Origin: Squalus acanthias
Lineage: Eukaryota
DNA: 64,000 bases
NCBI GenBank assembly: GCA_030390025.1
Contig: CM059453.1
Location: 12,586,001-12,650,000 of the forward strand
Direction: 5' to 3'
The translations under genes were made by a program, and so were the position numbers. Of this stretch, positions 1 through 12,934 are shown one piece after another (position 1 is the first letter of the stretch; each line of letters opens with the position of its first letter). Under the pieces are notes generated by a model that saw nothing but the letters and a program-made list of their open reading frames with translations, had not been told where the DNA came from and did no database searches.

Positions 1-390
1 GTGATAATTCGCAAAGTAAAGCTACATGCACATGTAAATTGGCCAAATTGCAATTTGCATCAGATCTACTTTAACTCTCAGAGTTGCCGGACATTCTACT
101 TCACAAACAAAGCGAATAATAATCGTCTTGGTTGATCATATAAAATGGAGAGAATCACAAAGGAAGCTTGTGTTGCACTTCACCCCATTGTCTTATCAAG
201 TGACGTCATTGGAATGGACAATCGTGAGAAGTGTTCGATTGGCTACGGAGGAAATGCATTTCACCCCCAAGAGCTTCACCATTGATTGGATGTACCAATT
301 GGAGGATGATTGCAATGAAAACCTAACAATTCGCATTGGAAAACATGTTTGTGTGGGATGCCTGAAGGTCTTTGTTCTATTTTGTTGCAG

Positions 391-426
391 GATTGGATGA
401 TACCACGAAAACTCCAGGTGGAGGAG
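391..426 (+). CDS. microexon 1, class C' (GLDDTTKTPGGG)
   Basis: gttgcag|36 nt|gttagc. Confidence 0.8.
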
Positions 427-3400
427 GTTAGCTCACTATGAACAGTGCTGGGGTTGTCACTCATTTGGGGCGTTACTGCTAAACAGAGAGGTATCACGTT
501 GGTACCAATTTTGCGTTGGTGTTTATATTCAACAGAAGTAAATGCAGGCAACCGAAACTATCGCCCCCATTTTGCGCTCAAGCACAAGACGAGGTTCCAT
601 GATAATTCCTCTGTAAGGGATGATTTAAAGTCTCTTTTGTGTTACAGCTAATTAAATAACGAGGGTCGTGATTGAAAATGGGCGAAGACACCACATTGGC
701 GCAATCTCTTTCGGAATCATTCATAGCATTTAGCTTGTTTTGAACACAATACCACCTATGTCCAATTTCACACCTAAAACTCTGAGCGGAAATCTGAACG
801 CCAGCAAATGACTAATATGACATAACTGGAAATGTCAGGTAGCTCTTTAGCAATGAAATGTTTGAAACGGTAATTTCTGTATTCCAGACCAAGGTGCAAC
901 CAAAGAAGCGTTGAAAGATTTAGGTAAAAAAATGTTTTCCGCCTGTAGAGTACTTTTGTATAGTTACAATTAACAACAGCCCAATCCTTTGCTTGACAAT
1001 AAGTAAAAGTATATAAGCTTCAAAGGCTGTGACACAAGTACGTCTTTGTTAGAATTCCCATGTTATACTTTATTACCTCCAGATTAGGCTATTCCAATGC
1101 TGTCCCGGCCAGATCCCGGCTTTGCAAATTCCGAAAACATCAGCTCACAGTAAAGTCTGCAGCCTGATTCCTAACTCAAAACTATTTCCATTCACCTATC
1201 ACCCCTACTTCGCTGACTTGCATTGGCCACCAGTCCGGCAACACTGCGATTTTAAAGTTTAAGTTCCTCCAAAGTCTGATGCTCTCCCTATCACTTTAAC
1301 GTCCAGTAGCCCTATAACAGTCAGAGATTTCTGTTCTCCTACAATTTCGTCCTCTTGTGTCTCCTCAAGAGTCATCGCTCCACCGTTGATCATGCCTTAA
1401 CCCACCTTGGCCATAAGCTCTGGTATTCCCTGCCTGAACGTCTCCGCCTCCACACAGCATCTCCTTTTAACGTATTCCTCAAAACACACCTCTTTGACCT
1501 GTCCTGATATCTCCTTATGTGCTCGGATTCACTCTTGGCTCAACAAAGCAATAGTTGGAAGGAGTTCAGCGAAGATTCACAAGTCTGATACCTGGGATGG
1601 CAGGAATGACATATGAGGAGAGATTGGGTCGATTGGGCTTATACTCGCAGGGGTATAGAAGAATGAGAGGCGATCTCATCGAAACGTATAAAATTATGAC
1701 AGGTCTGGACAAACTAGATGCAGGAAGAATGTTCCCGATGGTCGGAGAGTCCAGAACCAGGGGTCATAATCTAAGGATAAGGAGTAAGCCATTTAGGACA
1801 GAAATGAGGAAGAATTTCTTTACCCAGAGAGTGGTGAACCTGTGGAATTCTCTACCACAGAAGGTAGTTAAGGCCAAGTCATTAAATATATTCAAGAATG
1901 AGTTAGATATATTTCTTAAAGATGTGGGTATCAAGAGATATGGGGAGAAGGCAGGTACAGGGTACTGAGTTTGGATAATCAGCCATGATATCATCGAATG
2001 GTGGAGCAGGCTCGAGGGGGCGAATGGCCTACTCCTGCTCCTATCTTCTATGTTTCTATGTTAAGCGATTTCCGACATTTCAGTACTTTGAAATTGGCTA
2101 TATAAATGCACGTTGTTGCTGTAATATTGAAATGTTATTAAAATAGAACTGTTAATCAGTGAAGACGCCTAATTAATAATCGGGTACTTCAAAATAACAC
2201 TGCACTGTGCGGTGATAAAAGTTTAAATGTGTACAGTTAAATGAAGATTGGAATTCAACTTTTGAGGTATTTCCAAAAGGGCGGTATCGAATCGGCGCCC
2301 ATTTATAACCCCACCAGATATTCAGTTCCTTGAATTAGGACTGATCTAAACATCAAGCAGGGCGTATAACAGGCGGCCGGTACAATACCACTCATTTAGC
2401 GCTATCTTAAATGGGAAGATCTTTCGACACAGGACTTTATGTGCTAAAATTTTCAGGAGATAGAAAGTAAGCATGTGATCGGGTAACGTCCTGTGACGAA
2501 CAGAAATACTCAGCCAATCGCAACTTGCTTAGTTGAACTACATTCTTGGCAATAAACTTCCCTTTGCATTCTCAACTAAATTCCTCACTGATTACAGAAG
2601 AGAAACTGAAAGCAACAGAAGACGGTAAATGATTTTCAATTCAGTGTTTACAAATGCCTTATGACTGGAATTACTAAGAGAAGTCGCACAACACCAGGTT
2701 ATAGTCCAACAGCTTTATTTGAAATCACAAACTTTCGGAGCGCTGCTCCTTCGTCAGGTGGAGTGAAGAGATGCATATAGGCACAGCATATATAGTCAGA
2801 GAACACTGCCAGATGATTACAGTTAATCTTTCCAACTGCCCTTTATCACACCTCGGCAGAGAGATAATCACGGCAATCAAAGGTGTGGATGGTGTCCAAA
2901 CAGCTCAGTCAGGAAAATATTACATCAAAGACAATGTGGCAGATGCTGGGGTCTGTATGGAAAACAAAAAACTTTTTTTGCTGGAAGTCACAGCAGGTCC
3001 GGCCGCATCTGTGTCGAGAGAACAAGCCAACGACGACTCGAGTATGGATGACTCTACGTCAGGTGGGGTTACATGTAGCGGGACATGAACCCAAGATTCG
3101 ATTGAGGCCGCCCTCATGGGTGCAGAACTTGGCTATCAGTTTCTTCTCGACGATTTTGCGTTGTCGTGTGTCTCGAAGGCCGCCTTGGAGAACGCGTACC
3201 CGAAGATCGGAGGCTGAATGTCCTAAGAATGAATAAGAACATAGGAACAGGATTAGAAAATTGAAACAGAAAAATAAACGTTGCAAATTAAATTAAACAT
3301 GACCGTGGAGGCAATTTTCTGATGATATTGAGCTTCATGATAGTAATGATGATGGCAAAGGTGATGATGATGCTGCTGGTTATTCTCGAGCTAGTGAGGC

Positions 3401-6400
3401 TGCCGATTATGGTCATGGTGATGGGAATAATAAAGATGAGAATCATAATGACGGTGATCATGATGATTATACTGATGATTGTGGAGATCATGGGGATTAT
3501 GTTGATGATGTTGATGATGATTATAATTCCGACGATGGGGCTGATATTAATGATGTTGGTGATGGTGTTGATGCTGCTCACAATAATGTTGATGCTGAAG
3601 ATGGCGATTTTGATGGTGCTGATGATGTTGATGAAAGTGATAATTTTGCTGTTGATGACTGGATAGACGCAAAATGGGTGACCGCTTTGCGGAACACCTC
3701 CGTTCAGTCCGTAAGGGGGACCCCGAGCTCCCAGTCGCCTGTCACTTTAATTCCCCGCTCCACTCCCACTCTGACCAAAGCATCCTCGGCCTATTACACT
3801 GTTACACGGAAGCTTTGCGTAAGAACGAGGAACAGCACCTCAACTTTCGTTTAGGCACCCTACAGCCCTCTGGACTCAATATCGAGTTCAACAATTTTAG
3901 ATTATAAACTCAGCCCCCATCACATTTATATTTTATTTTTTAATCCACACTTCAGTTTGCCTTTTTCCCTTTTTTCCCCTCCCAGAAGATGGCATCTGTC
4001 CTTCATTCTGGCAGTGTATTTCAGACTTATTTTAGCCTCAACCTGTCACATTAACACCTCATCTTGCCTTGATCATCTCTTAATGTCTCTCAATGTCTCT
4101 TAATCTCTCCTTTTGTTCTTTCATCGCTTCCCCCTTTTCCCAGTTTTATACTTGCTTTAAATGTATTTCATGTCCTGCTTTTTTTCCAGTTCTGACGAAA
4201 GGTTTCTCTCTCCACGGATGCTGCCTGGCCTGCTGAGTTTTTCCAGCGTTTTCTGTTGTTATTTCGGATTTCCAGCATCCGCAGTATTATGCTATCGTGT
4301 TGAAAATCATGGTTCATGAGTTAGATATATTTCTTCGAGTTAGATATATTTCTTAAAGCTAAAGGTATCAAGGAATATGTGGAGAAGGCAGGTACAGGTC
4401 ACTGAGTTTGGATGATCAGCCATGATCTCATCGAATGGCGGAGCAGGCTCGAGGGTCGGAATGGCCTACTCCTGCTCCTATCTTCTATGTTTCTATGTTT
4501 CTATGTTTAGACAGTGGCGGAATGGTGGAGAACCAGAGAACACAGCTTTAAGGTTATTTGCAAAAGAACCAAATGCCATATGAAGAAAAAAAGCATTTGT
4601 TCACAGCGAGCTGTTGACATCTGGAATGCGCTGCCTGAAAGAGTGATGAAGGTAGACTCAATCATTGCTTTCAAAAGGGAATTGGATAATTACCTGAAGG
4701 AAAAAAAAGATGAAGGGAAACAGGGAAAGGGCGAGGGAGTTGGACTAGCTGAAGTGGTCTTGCAGAGAGCTGGCATGGGCTCGACGGGCCAAATGACCTC
4801 CATCTGTGCTGTTAATTTTCTAAGAACCTATTATTGTATGATCACATCAGCAGCCTCTTCTGTACACAGCCCTATTTCATCTTTTGAACGTCAATGTAAT
4901 GAACAATTAGAAAGGGTGTCTGCTAGACTAGAGATTGAATATATTTCAACCCAAAATATGCATTATTGACTGGATGTAACAACGGAAGGATAATCGCTTT
5001 TATAATGAAATAACGTGCTTCTACACTTGCCTTTAACATAATAAATTGCTCCAAGGCGCTTCTGAGGAACATTATCAAACACAATATGTGAAATAGACAC
5101 TTCAGGTGATATTAGAGGAGTGCAGAGATATCGACGTGATGAAGGGCTGTAGGAGGAAACAGAGATAAGGGCGGGTGACGCCAAGAAGGATTTATAAAAA
5201 AGGATGTTATTTTGAAAATTTCTCAGCTCCATATCTTGACATCTGTAGTTGGTGCAATTAAATCAGAAAATCCTCTTTTTATGGGTTGCCAAAAGAGCGT
5301 TGTCATTATTCTTCGCAGAACTGGAAGAGTACAAGAAAACTCAAGATGGACAAGGTTAGGACCTTATGTAGAGTGATGGGTTAGAAATTCGACTTGGCTG
5401 AAGGCGGGAAATGAGCAGTTATCACATTGGCAGATGTTGATGCTGAAGTCAATCAAAGTGAATATTGTGCGGGTCACATTACAGGAGACCCATCCGGTAA
5501 GGCCAGTTTTACATAAAACCCAACCTCTAATTCCTATACTGGTCCTTCTGAATATTAAAGAGGAGTTAAAGTTCTCTTTATATTAGAGTGGTATGAATAC
5601 CTAGGCTTGAAATTGGACAAGGGAGGCAAAATCATATCCGCAGAAGCTCCCTGTGCGCCCGTTGTAAGACACGCCCTATATTCAGTTCTTTGAAGTCATT
5701 GGAACTGAGAACGGCGAGTTGATTATAACGGGTGACTGATGCGATAGGGCCCGTTATGCGTGACCGGCCATTTTCAATTGCACACCTCAATCTATGACGG
5801 GCAATCTGATGATGAAGCTTCAGCAGGAACCAAATGGTTTATCGTGATTGTATGTTGCCTCCCTGTCAGTCAATATTCACATTTGGTAGCCTGGAGGTGG
5901 TGTAAGTTATTTCATTCTTAACACGTCATCTGCCCAATTGAAACTTACAAGTAATTCACAAAGTTTGGGAAATCTGTACAAACTTGGGGTTGTTGGGCTG
6001 AAATGTAACGAAAGTCTATTGAAATGGATGGGTTTAATGTTTATTGTTGTGTATTCCAGCACTCGCAGAATGTAAAGAATTAGTGAAGAATGCAGGTTAG
6101 AAACGGGATTTATATCCGGACAGACTATTGGAAAGTTATAGTACAAAACAGAATAAATTATTTACAGGACTCAGAAATAAGCAATCTTTCACTGAGCTAT
6201 TAAAATGTTAGCTTTTCCCTCTCATTTAACATAATCTCCTGTCTCTCAAATTCTAATGCTGCCGTTAAACATATTCACAAAATTTCCCTTTCAAAATCCC
6301 ACCATGTACTCGTTGACTTATATTGGCTCCGGATAGGGCGAAGCATTTGTCTTAAATTTGTCATCATTGGGGACATAAATATTCAGCGTCCTCTCAATCT

Positions 6401-9400
6401 CCATATCGATGTAACATTCGCTAACTGGACAAAAATCCGAGAGAGTTTGCATTCATCCAATCACATCCTCCAGTACATCGTGTGCAAGTCCTACTTTCTT
6501 CGCTCCATCATTGACTTCCGGGCCTTCCGCCGCTTTGTCCCTCAGCTCTGGGATACACTGCCTAAACCGACCGCCCCTTCTCCGCTCTCTCCTGCTTTAA
6601 GGCGCTGTTAAAATTGATTTCATTCATCAAGCTTTTGGTAACATGCCGTAATAAATGAAAACTGTGTAAATTGGAGAGAGGGGTACTAGGATCAAGGGAA
6701 CAGATAAACACATCTGTAAAAGTGGCGACACAATTTAATCCGGCCACAAAATAAATAAAACGAAGCACTAGGAAAAATGTCCAATGGAACAGAATAGAAA
6801 AACGAACAATTAATGTTATACTTGTGTAGTACCTTGGGCAGAGCGCTCTTGGAATACTACTGGTCTCAATATTATTAAAAAGGAATACATTTCCGAAAGG
6901 CTGTATTCTAAGCTTTACAATCTATGATTGACAATGAAGTGTCTTACAAAAAAAATAGCGAACACAAGTTGCTTTTTACGTTTGATATTCTTGGAACTAT
7001 TATTTCCAGTTTATTCACAAATTAAATGATTTGCTCCTTTACAGAAGATAAGTTGAAAGCCACAGAGGACGGTAAGTGATTTTCAAATTCAGTGTTAACA
7101 AAATGCATTATCACTGGTATTACTAAGAACAAAGGAACAGGAGTAGAACATTGAGCAACTCGGGCCTTTTCCGCCAGACCTATATTTAACAATGTTCCCC
7201 TAAAGGTGAAACAGAAAAAAAAATCTTGCAAACTCAAGTAAACGCGGCCGTGGTGGCATATTCTGATGATGGTGATGGTGATGATCGTAATGATGAAGGA
7301 AAAGGTGATAATGATGCTGACGGTTGTCCTGGGGTTGGTGATGCTGTCGATTGTGATCACGGTGGATCGAATGATAATGATGAGCGTCATAATGGCGATG
7401 ATCATGATGCCGGGATGAAAACGCTGATCATGGCTATCGTGGAGATCATGGGGATTAAATTGATGATGGTGATGATGTTTATCATTCTGACGGTGGGGCT
7501 GATAATAATGATGTTGTGGATGGTGTTGTTGGTGCTGTTGATCATAACGATGGTGATGCTGATGATGGATATGGTGATACTGCTGCTGATGTTCATGAAA
7601 GTAATTATGGTGCTGTTGATGACCAGATTGCCAAGAGAATCTCATGTTGTTCTACTTAGATCTGATAAGTTTGAGAGGAGAGTTTATAGAGGTGTTGAAA
7701 ATAATGATGGGTCTAGACAGAGTAGATAGAGAGGAATTCTACCAATTGGCTTAAGGGTCGAGACCCAGATGACACAGATATAATGGCCCTGAAATTCGCC
7801 TTTCCGGCTTCCTGCGGGTGCAAGCATCGCGTGCGTACTTGCCTACAGCGCCTGCAGTTGTGCTTTGAGCCCACGAGGACTTCGGGTCCTGGGCCTCCTC
7901 CAGCTGCCTGCGCGCAGTGCCTGTGTATCCCAGGGGCGCAGTTAGTTCGAAGCGTCCCCTGGGATCACGTGGGCCATGGAGAGCCAAACCTAGCAGGGCA
8001 TTTTCATTCATAGATTTTAAAGGAAGACCTGTCAAATCTATGAATAGAGATCGGCCCCAAAACCACAGTTAAACTTCAAATAAATTCAGAAAAAAACATC
8101 ACATTTTTAAAATAAGTATAAGTTAAATAAATTAACTACTTGAAACAAAAATTAAAATTTTCAAAAAATGTATTATACTTTTTAACGGTGCTAAAAATAA
8201 ACGAACCTTTCTTTAAAGTATCTAAAAAAGATAAACCCTTTGAAAATGTTTTTAAATATGAATTAATTAACCACTTACCTTGTTAAAAACAGGCCTTGCG
8301 CCTCCTTTTTAAAAGCGCAGCTTCTTCATACTTACCTTCCCGGAGAAACCTGAAAAAAAACCTAAGTTCACTGCGTGCACGCAGCCTCTCCCGCGCACCT
8401 GTTCGACTTCTGAACCTCTCCCTGCAGTGGAACGAAAGTTCCGGTATCCCGCGCATGCGCAGTGCATGCAGGAAACCGGCACTTAAGATGGCTTTACGGG
8501 TGAGCGCACAGCGAGTACTCACCTGACAACAGCCGAATTTCTGGGCCATTGTGATTGGCAAAAGAACCAAAGGCGACATGAAGAAATATATTATTTTCAC
8601 AGCGAGTGGATAGGATCTGGAATGCATTGTCTGAAAGGGTGGTGGAGTTAGATTCAATCGTGGCTTTCAATAGGGAATTGAATAATTACCTGAAAGAATA
8701 AAAATGAAGGGCAACAGGGATAGGGCGGAGGGTTGGGACAAGCTGAAGTGCTCTTGCAGAGAGCAGGCATGGGCTCGACGGGCCGAATGACCACCGACTG
8801 TGCTGTAAACAATCTATGATCCTATTATTATATGATCACATCAGAAGCATCTTCTGCTCTCAGCCCTATTTCATCTTTTGAATGTCAATGTAAATAACAA
8901 TTTGGAACGTTGTTTGCTGGACTACCGAGCGAATATGTTTCATCCCAAAATATTCATTAATGGCTGGTTGTACCAACTGAATATTAACCGCAAACAGAAT
9001 GAGGAACTTGCCTCTATAAAGTGCCTATAACATAATAAATTCCCCAGGAGCATTATTAAAAACAATGTGCCAAATAGACACTTCAAGTGATATTAGGATT
9101 GGTGCCCTATTGATGTGACGAAGTGATAGGGTTTAAGGAGCGACTTTAATTAGGAGAGAGAGGTAGAGAGGCAGATAGGTTTTGGGGAAAGAATACCAGA
9201 GATCAAGGCCTAGGCATCTGAAGGCACGGCCGCCAAAAGTCGGATCGATGAAAATTCGTGGATGTGTAAGAGACCAAAATTGGAGGAGTGCAGCGATCGC
9301 GACGTGTTGAAGGGCTGGAGGAGGTTGCACATATAGCGGCGATTGATGTCAAGAAGGATTTGTAAGAGCGGATGGTATTTTGAAAAAGACTCAGCTCCAC

Positions 9401-12400
9401 CTCTTAACATCTGCAGTTGGTGCATGGAAATCAGAATTCCGTTTTATATCGGTTGCCTAAAGAGATTTGTCATTATACATCGCAGAACTAGAAGAGTACA
9501 AGGAAACTCCAGATGGACAAGGTTAGAACAAAATGTAGAGCGGTGGGTTAGAAATCCGTCTGGTCAGGTAGCGGTAAACGAGCAGTTATCATATTGGGAT
9601 CCCAACATACCTTCATGCTGAAGTCAATCGTAGTGAATATCGTTCGGGTCATATAAAGGAGGCCGAGACGGTAAGGCCAATTTACCACTAAAGCACAACA
9701 TCTAATTCCTATAGTGGTCCTTCTCAATATTAAGGAGCAGTTAAAGTTAACTTTATATTAGATTGGCATGAATAACTAGGTGTGAAACTGGACAAGCGAG
9801 GTAATGGCATATTCGCTGAGACTCCCTTTGCGCCCGTTGTAAGACACGCACTCTATTCAGTTCTTTGAAGTCAATGCAACTGTGTACAGCGAGTTGCATA
9901 TAACGGGTGACTGATGCAATAGGGCCCGTTTTGCGTGCCCGGCCATTTCCAATTGCACACCTCAATCCCTGACGGGCAATCTGATGAAGGAGTTTCAGCA
10001 GAAACCAGCTGGTTTATCGGTACTGTATGTTGCTTCCCGGTGAAGCAATATTCGATGTAATAATCACTGTTCCTAAGAGAAAGCGACACAATACAATATT
10101 CAGAAGACGAGCAGTTGAATTCTACCCGGTGTCCACGATAATATTTATCCATGAAACAAGAACAGTAAAAAGCATCAGAAACCTTGTCATTTATTTCATT
10201 GTGGATTGCGGGAGCTGGCTATGTGCAAATTGACTGCCACATTTCCAGCATTTCAACTGTGACAACGCTTCCAATATGATTCACTGGCTGTGACCCGTCT
10301 TCGGACGCCTGGAAGTCATGAAAGACACGATAGAAATACACGTTATTTCACTTTTAACACGTCCTCTGCGCAATTGTAAGTGACAAGTTATTCACAAAGT
10401 TTTGGAGATCTGCACAAATGTGGGGGTGAAATGTAACGAATTTTGGATGGGATGTAATGTATATTGTTGTGTCTTCCAGTACTCGCTGCATGTAAAGAGT
10501 TATTGAAGAATACAGGTAAGGAATGGGATTTCTATCCGCACAGAACTTTGGAAAGTTATAGTGCATAAAAGAATAAGTTATTTACAGGACTCAAAATGAA
10601 GCAATCTTTCAGTGTGCAATAAAAGTGTTAGCTTTGCCTTCTTATTGTACATGAAAACCTGGCTCTAAAATTCAAATGCTGCCCTTAACCATATTCACAT
10701 AAGTTCCACTTAAAAATTTCACCATGTGCTCGTTGACCTGTATTGGCTCCGGATCGATTAAAATATTTGTCTTAAATATGTCATCCTTGGGGACAAAATA
10801 TTCAGTGTCCTCTGAATCAGCATATCGCTGAAACATTCGCTAACGGGACAAATATCCGAGATTTTGCTTTCATCCAATTCCATCCCCAATACCTCTTGTG
10901 CATACCCTATTTTCATCGCTCTACCATTGACATCTGCGCCCTCCGCCGCTTTGACCCTAAAATCTGGAATAAACTGCATAAACCAACCGCCCCTCCTCCT
11001 CTCTCTCTTCCATTAAGGCGTTCTTTAAATATTAACGCTTTGATCAACCTATTGTCCACAGGCCCTAATTAATGAAAACTGTAAATAGGAGAGAGGGGAA
11101 CTAGGATTCGAGGGTAAAAGAAAAATCCATTTGTAAAATTAGGGAACAACGTTACTCAGGCCACGAAATAAGCAAAAGAAAGAACTCGGACTAATTTCCG
11201 AAGCAACAGAACTAAAAAGCAGAGAATTAGTGTCATATTTGTATAGAACGTTCGGCAGAGCGCTCTTGGAATACTGTGCAACGTTATGGTCTCGATATTA
11301 TATAAAGCATATATAGTCCAAATGGAAACTAAAAACTGTTCCAGGGATGATACTTGAACTGAGAGTTGATAACTATTGTTAAAGACCGATAAGGCGCATG
11401 GGTGACCTTATATCAGTCTGTAAAAGTATGAACGGTTTTATACGGTAGATGTAACAAAATGATTCCACTTGTGGTGGAGACCAGAACCAGTAGAGGGAAA
11501 TGTAAAAAAATCACTTATAAATCTTGCAAGTAATTCTGGAGAAATTTCTCTACCAGAGCATGTTGAAATCGATGGAGTGGTTGGGGCGAATAAAATTGAT
11601 GTGTGTTTGTGAAAAATGACTTCACTCGAGTCTGTCTCAAAGCAGAAGATCACAGTTTATTTAACAGAGAGCTCTGGGAGAAGAGCCACAGACCCCGCGG
11701 TCTAGTGATCCACTTCTCTTCGTTACAGTGGTATCGAAACTTCTTTTATATATTATAGGGTCGGCTACGCAATTCATTACATACAAATGTCTTCACCCAA
11801 TCACATTCCCACAGCAACAAGCGCCTAATTCTAATCCGCCCTTTAAGCTATATTTTTACTTCCCTACCGAAACTATAAACATTGGGCCCCGCACTAACGC
11901 ATGTTGACCACAGACATTACTCATCGCACTGTGTCAGCCAAACCATTCTGTACTTACGAATTTACCTTAACTTTCACATTGCTGCTTTAATTTACATTCT
12001 TTAACTTTTACATTGTTGCTTTAAGCCCTATAATTTTTACCCTAACAATGTGTTTAAGGGGAAGCTAGATACACACGTGGGTCTGAAAGGAATAGATGAT
12101 TTTACGTTTAGTCTGAGACCAATTATGATTGGAGGAGGCGCGGATGGAGCATAAATATCGGCATGTTGGGCCGAAAGTCTGTTTTCTAAGCTTTACAGTC
12201 TATGATTGGCAATGAAGTGTTGCACAAAAAAAACCAGCGAAACACAAGTTGCGTTTTACGATTGACATTCTTGAAAATATTAATTCCTGTTCATTCACAA
12301 ATTAAATGATTTGCGTCTTTACAGAAGAGAAGTTGAAAGCAACAAAAGAAGGTAATTTGCCTCCCAAATTTCCTCAATAAAGGACAACTTGGCTTTCAAG

Positions 12401-12900
12401 CACTTTGGGATGTCCCGCGTTCGTGAACAATAGAAGGTGTCTCTTTATTAAAACGTATTTGATCTCCGTAGAAAGGTGGATAGTGTCCTTGGGTGTGAAG
12501 GTCAGGAATTTATACTGCTATGCAGGAGCTGAAACGTCTCATTTGCGCTATTGCAGAACTCGCAGCATGCAAAGAAACTTTAAAAGATGCTGGTAAGAGA
12601 ATGGAATTATTGTGTGTTAAAAAATCCCTTGCACAGTTATGCTGTAAACTNNNNNNNNNNNNNNNNNNNNNNNNNNNNNNNNNNNNNNNNNNNNNNNNNN
12701 NNNNNNNNNNNNNNNNNNNNNNNNNNNNNNNNNNNNNNNNNNNNNNNNNNNNNNNNNNNNNNNNNNNNNNNNNNNNNNNNNNNNNNNNNNNNNNNNNNNN
12801 NNNNNNNNNNNNNNNNNNNNNNNNNNNNNNNNNNNNNNNNNNNNNNNNNNNNNNNNNNNNNNNNNNNNNNNNNNNNNNNNGAAAGGATGAAAGATAGACA

Positions 12901-12934
<34 letters not shown>

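Noticed and set aside
3322-3666. Met/Ile/Val-rich, Asp-rich and His-rich ORFs here and at the other GAT tracts
   Set aside because: They are alternative translations of a degenerate (GAT)n microsatellite. Frames and stops differ between copies, there are no conserved splice sites, and some units lack the tract.
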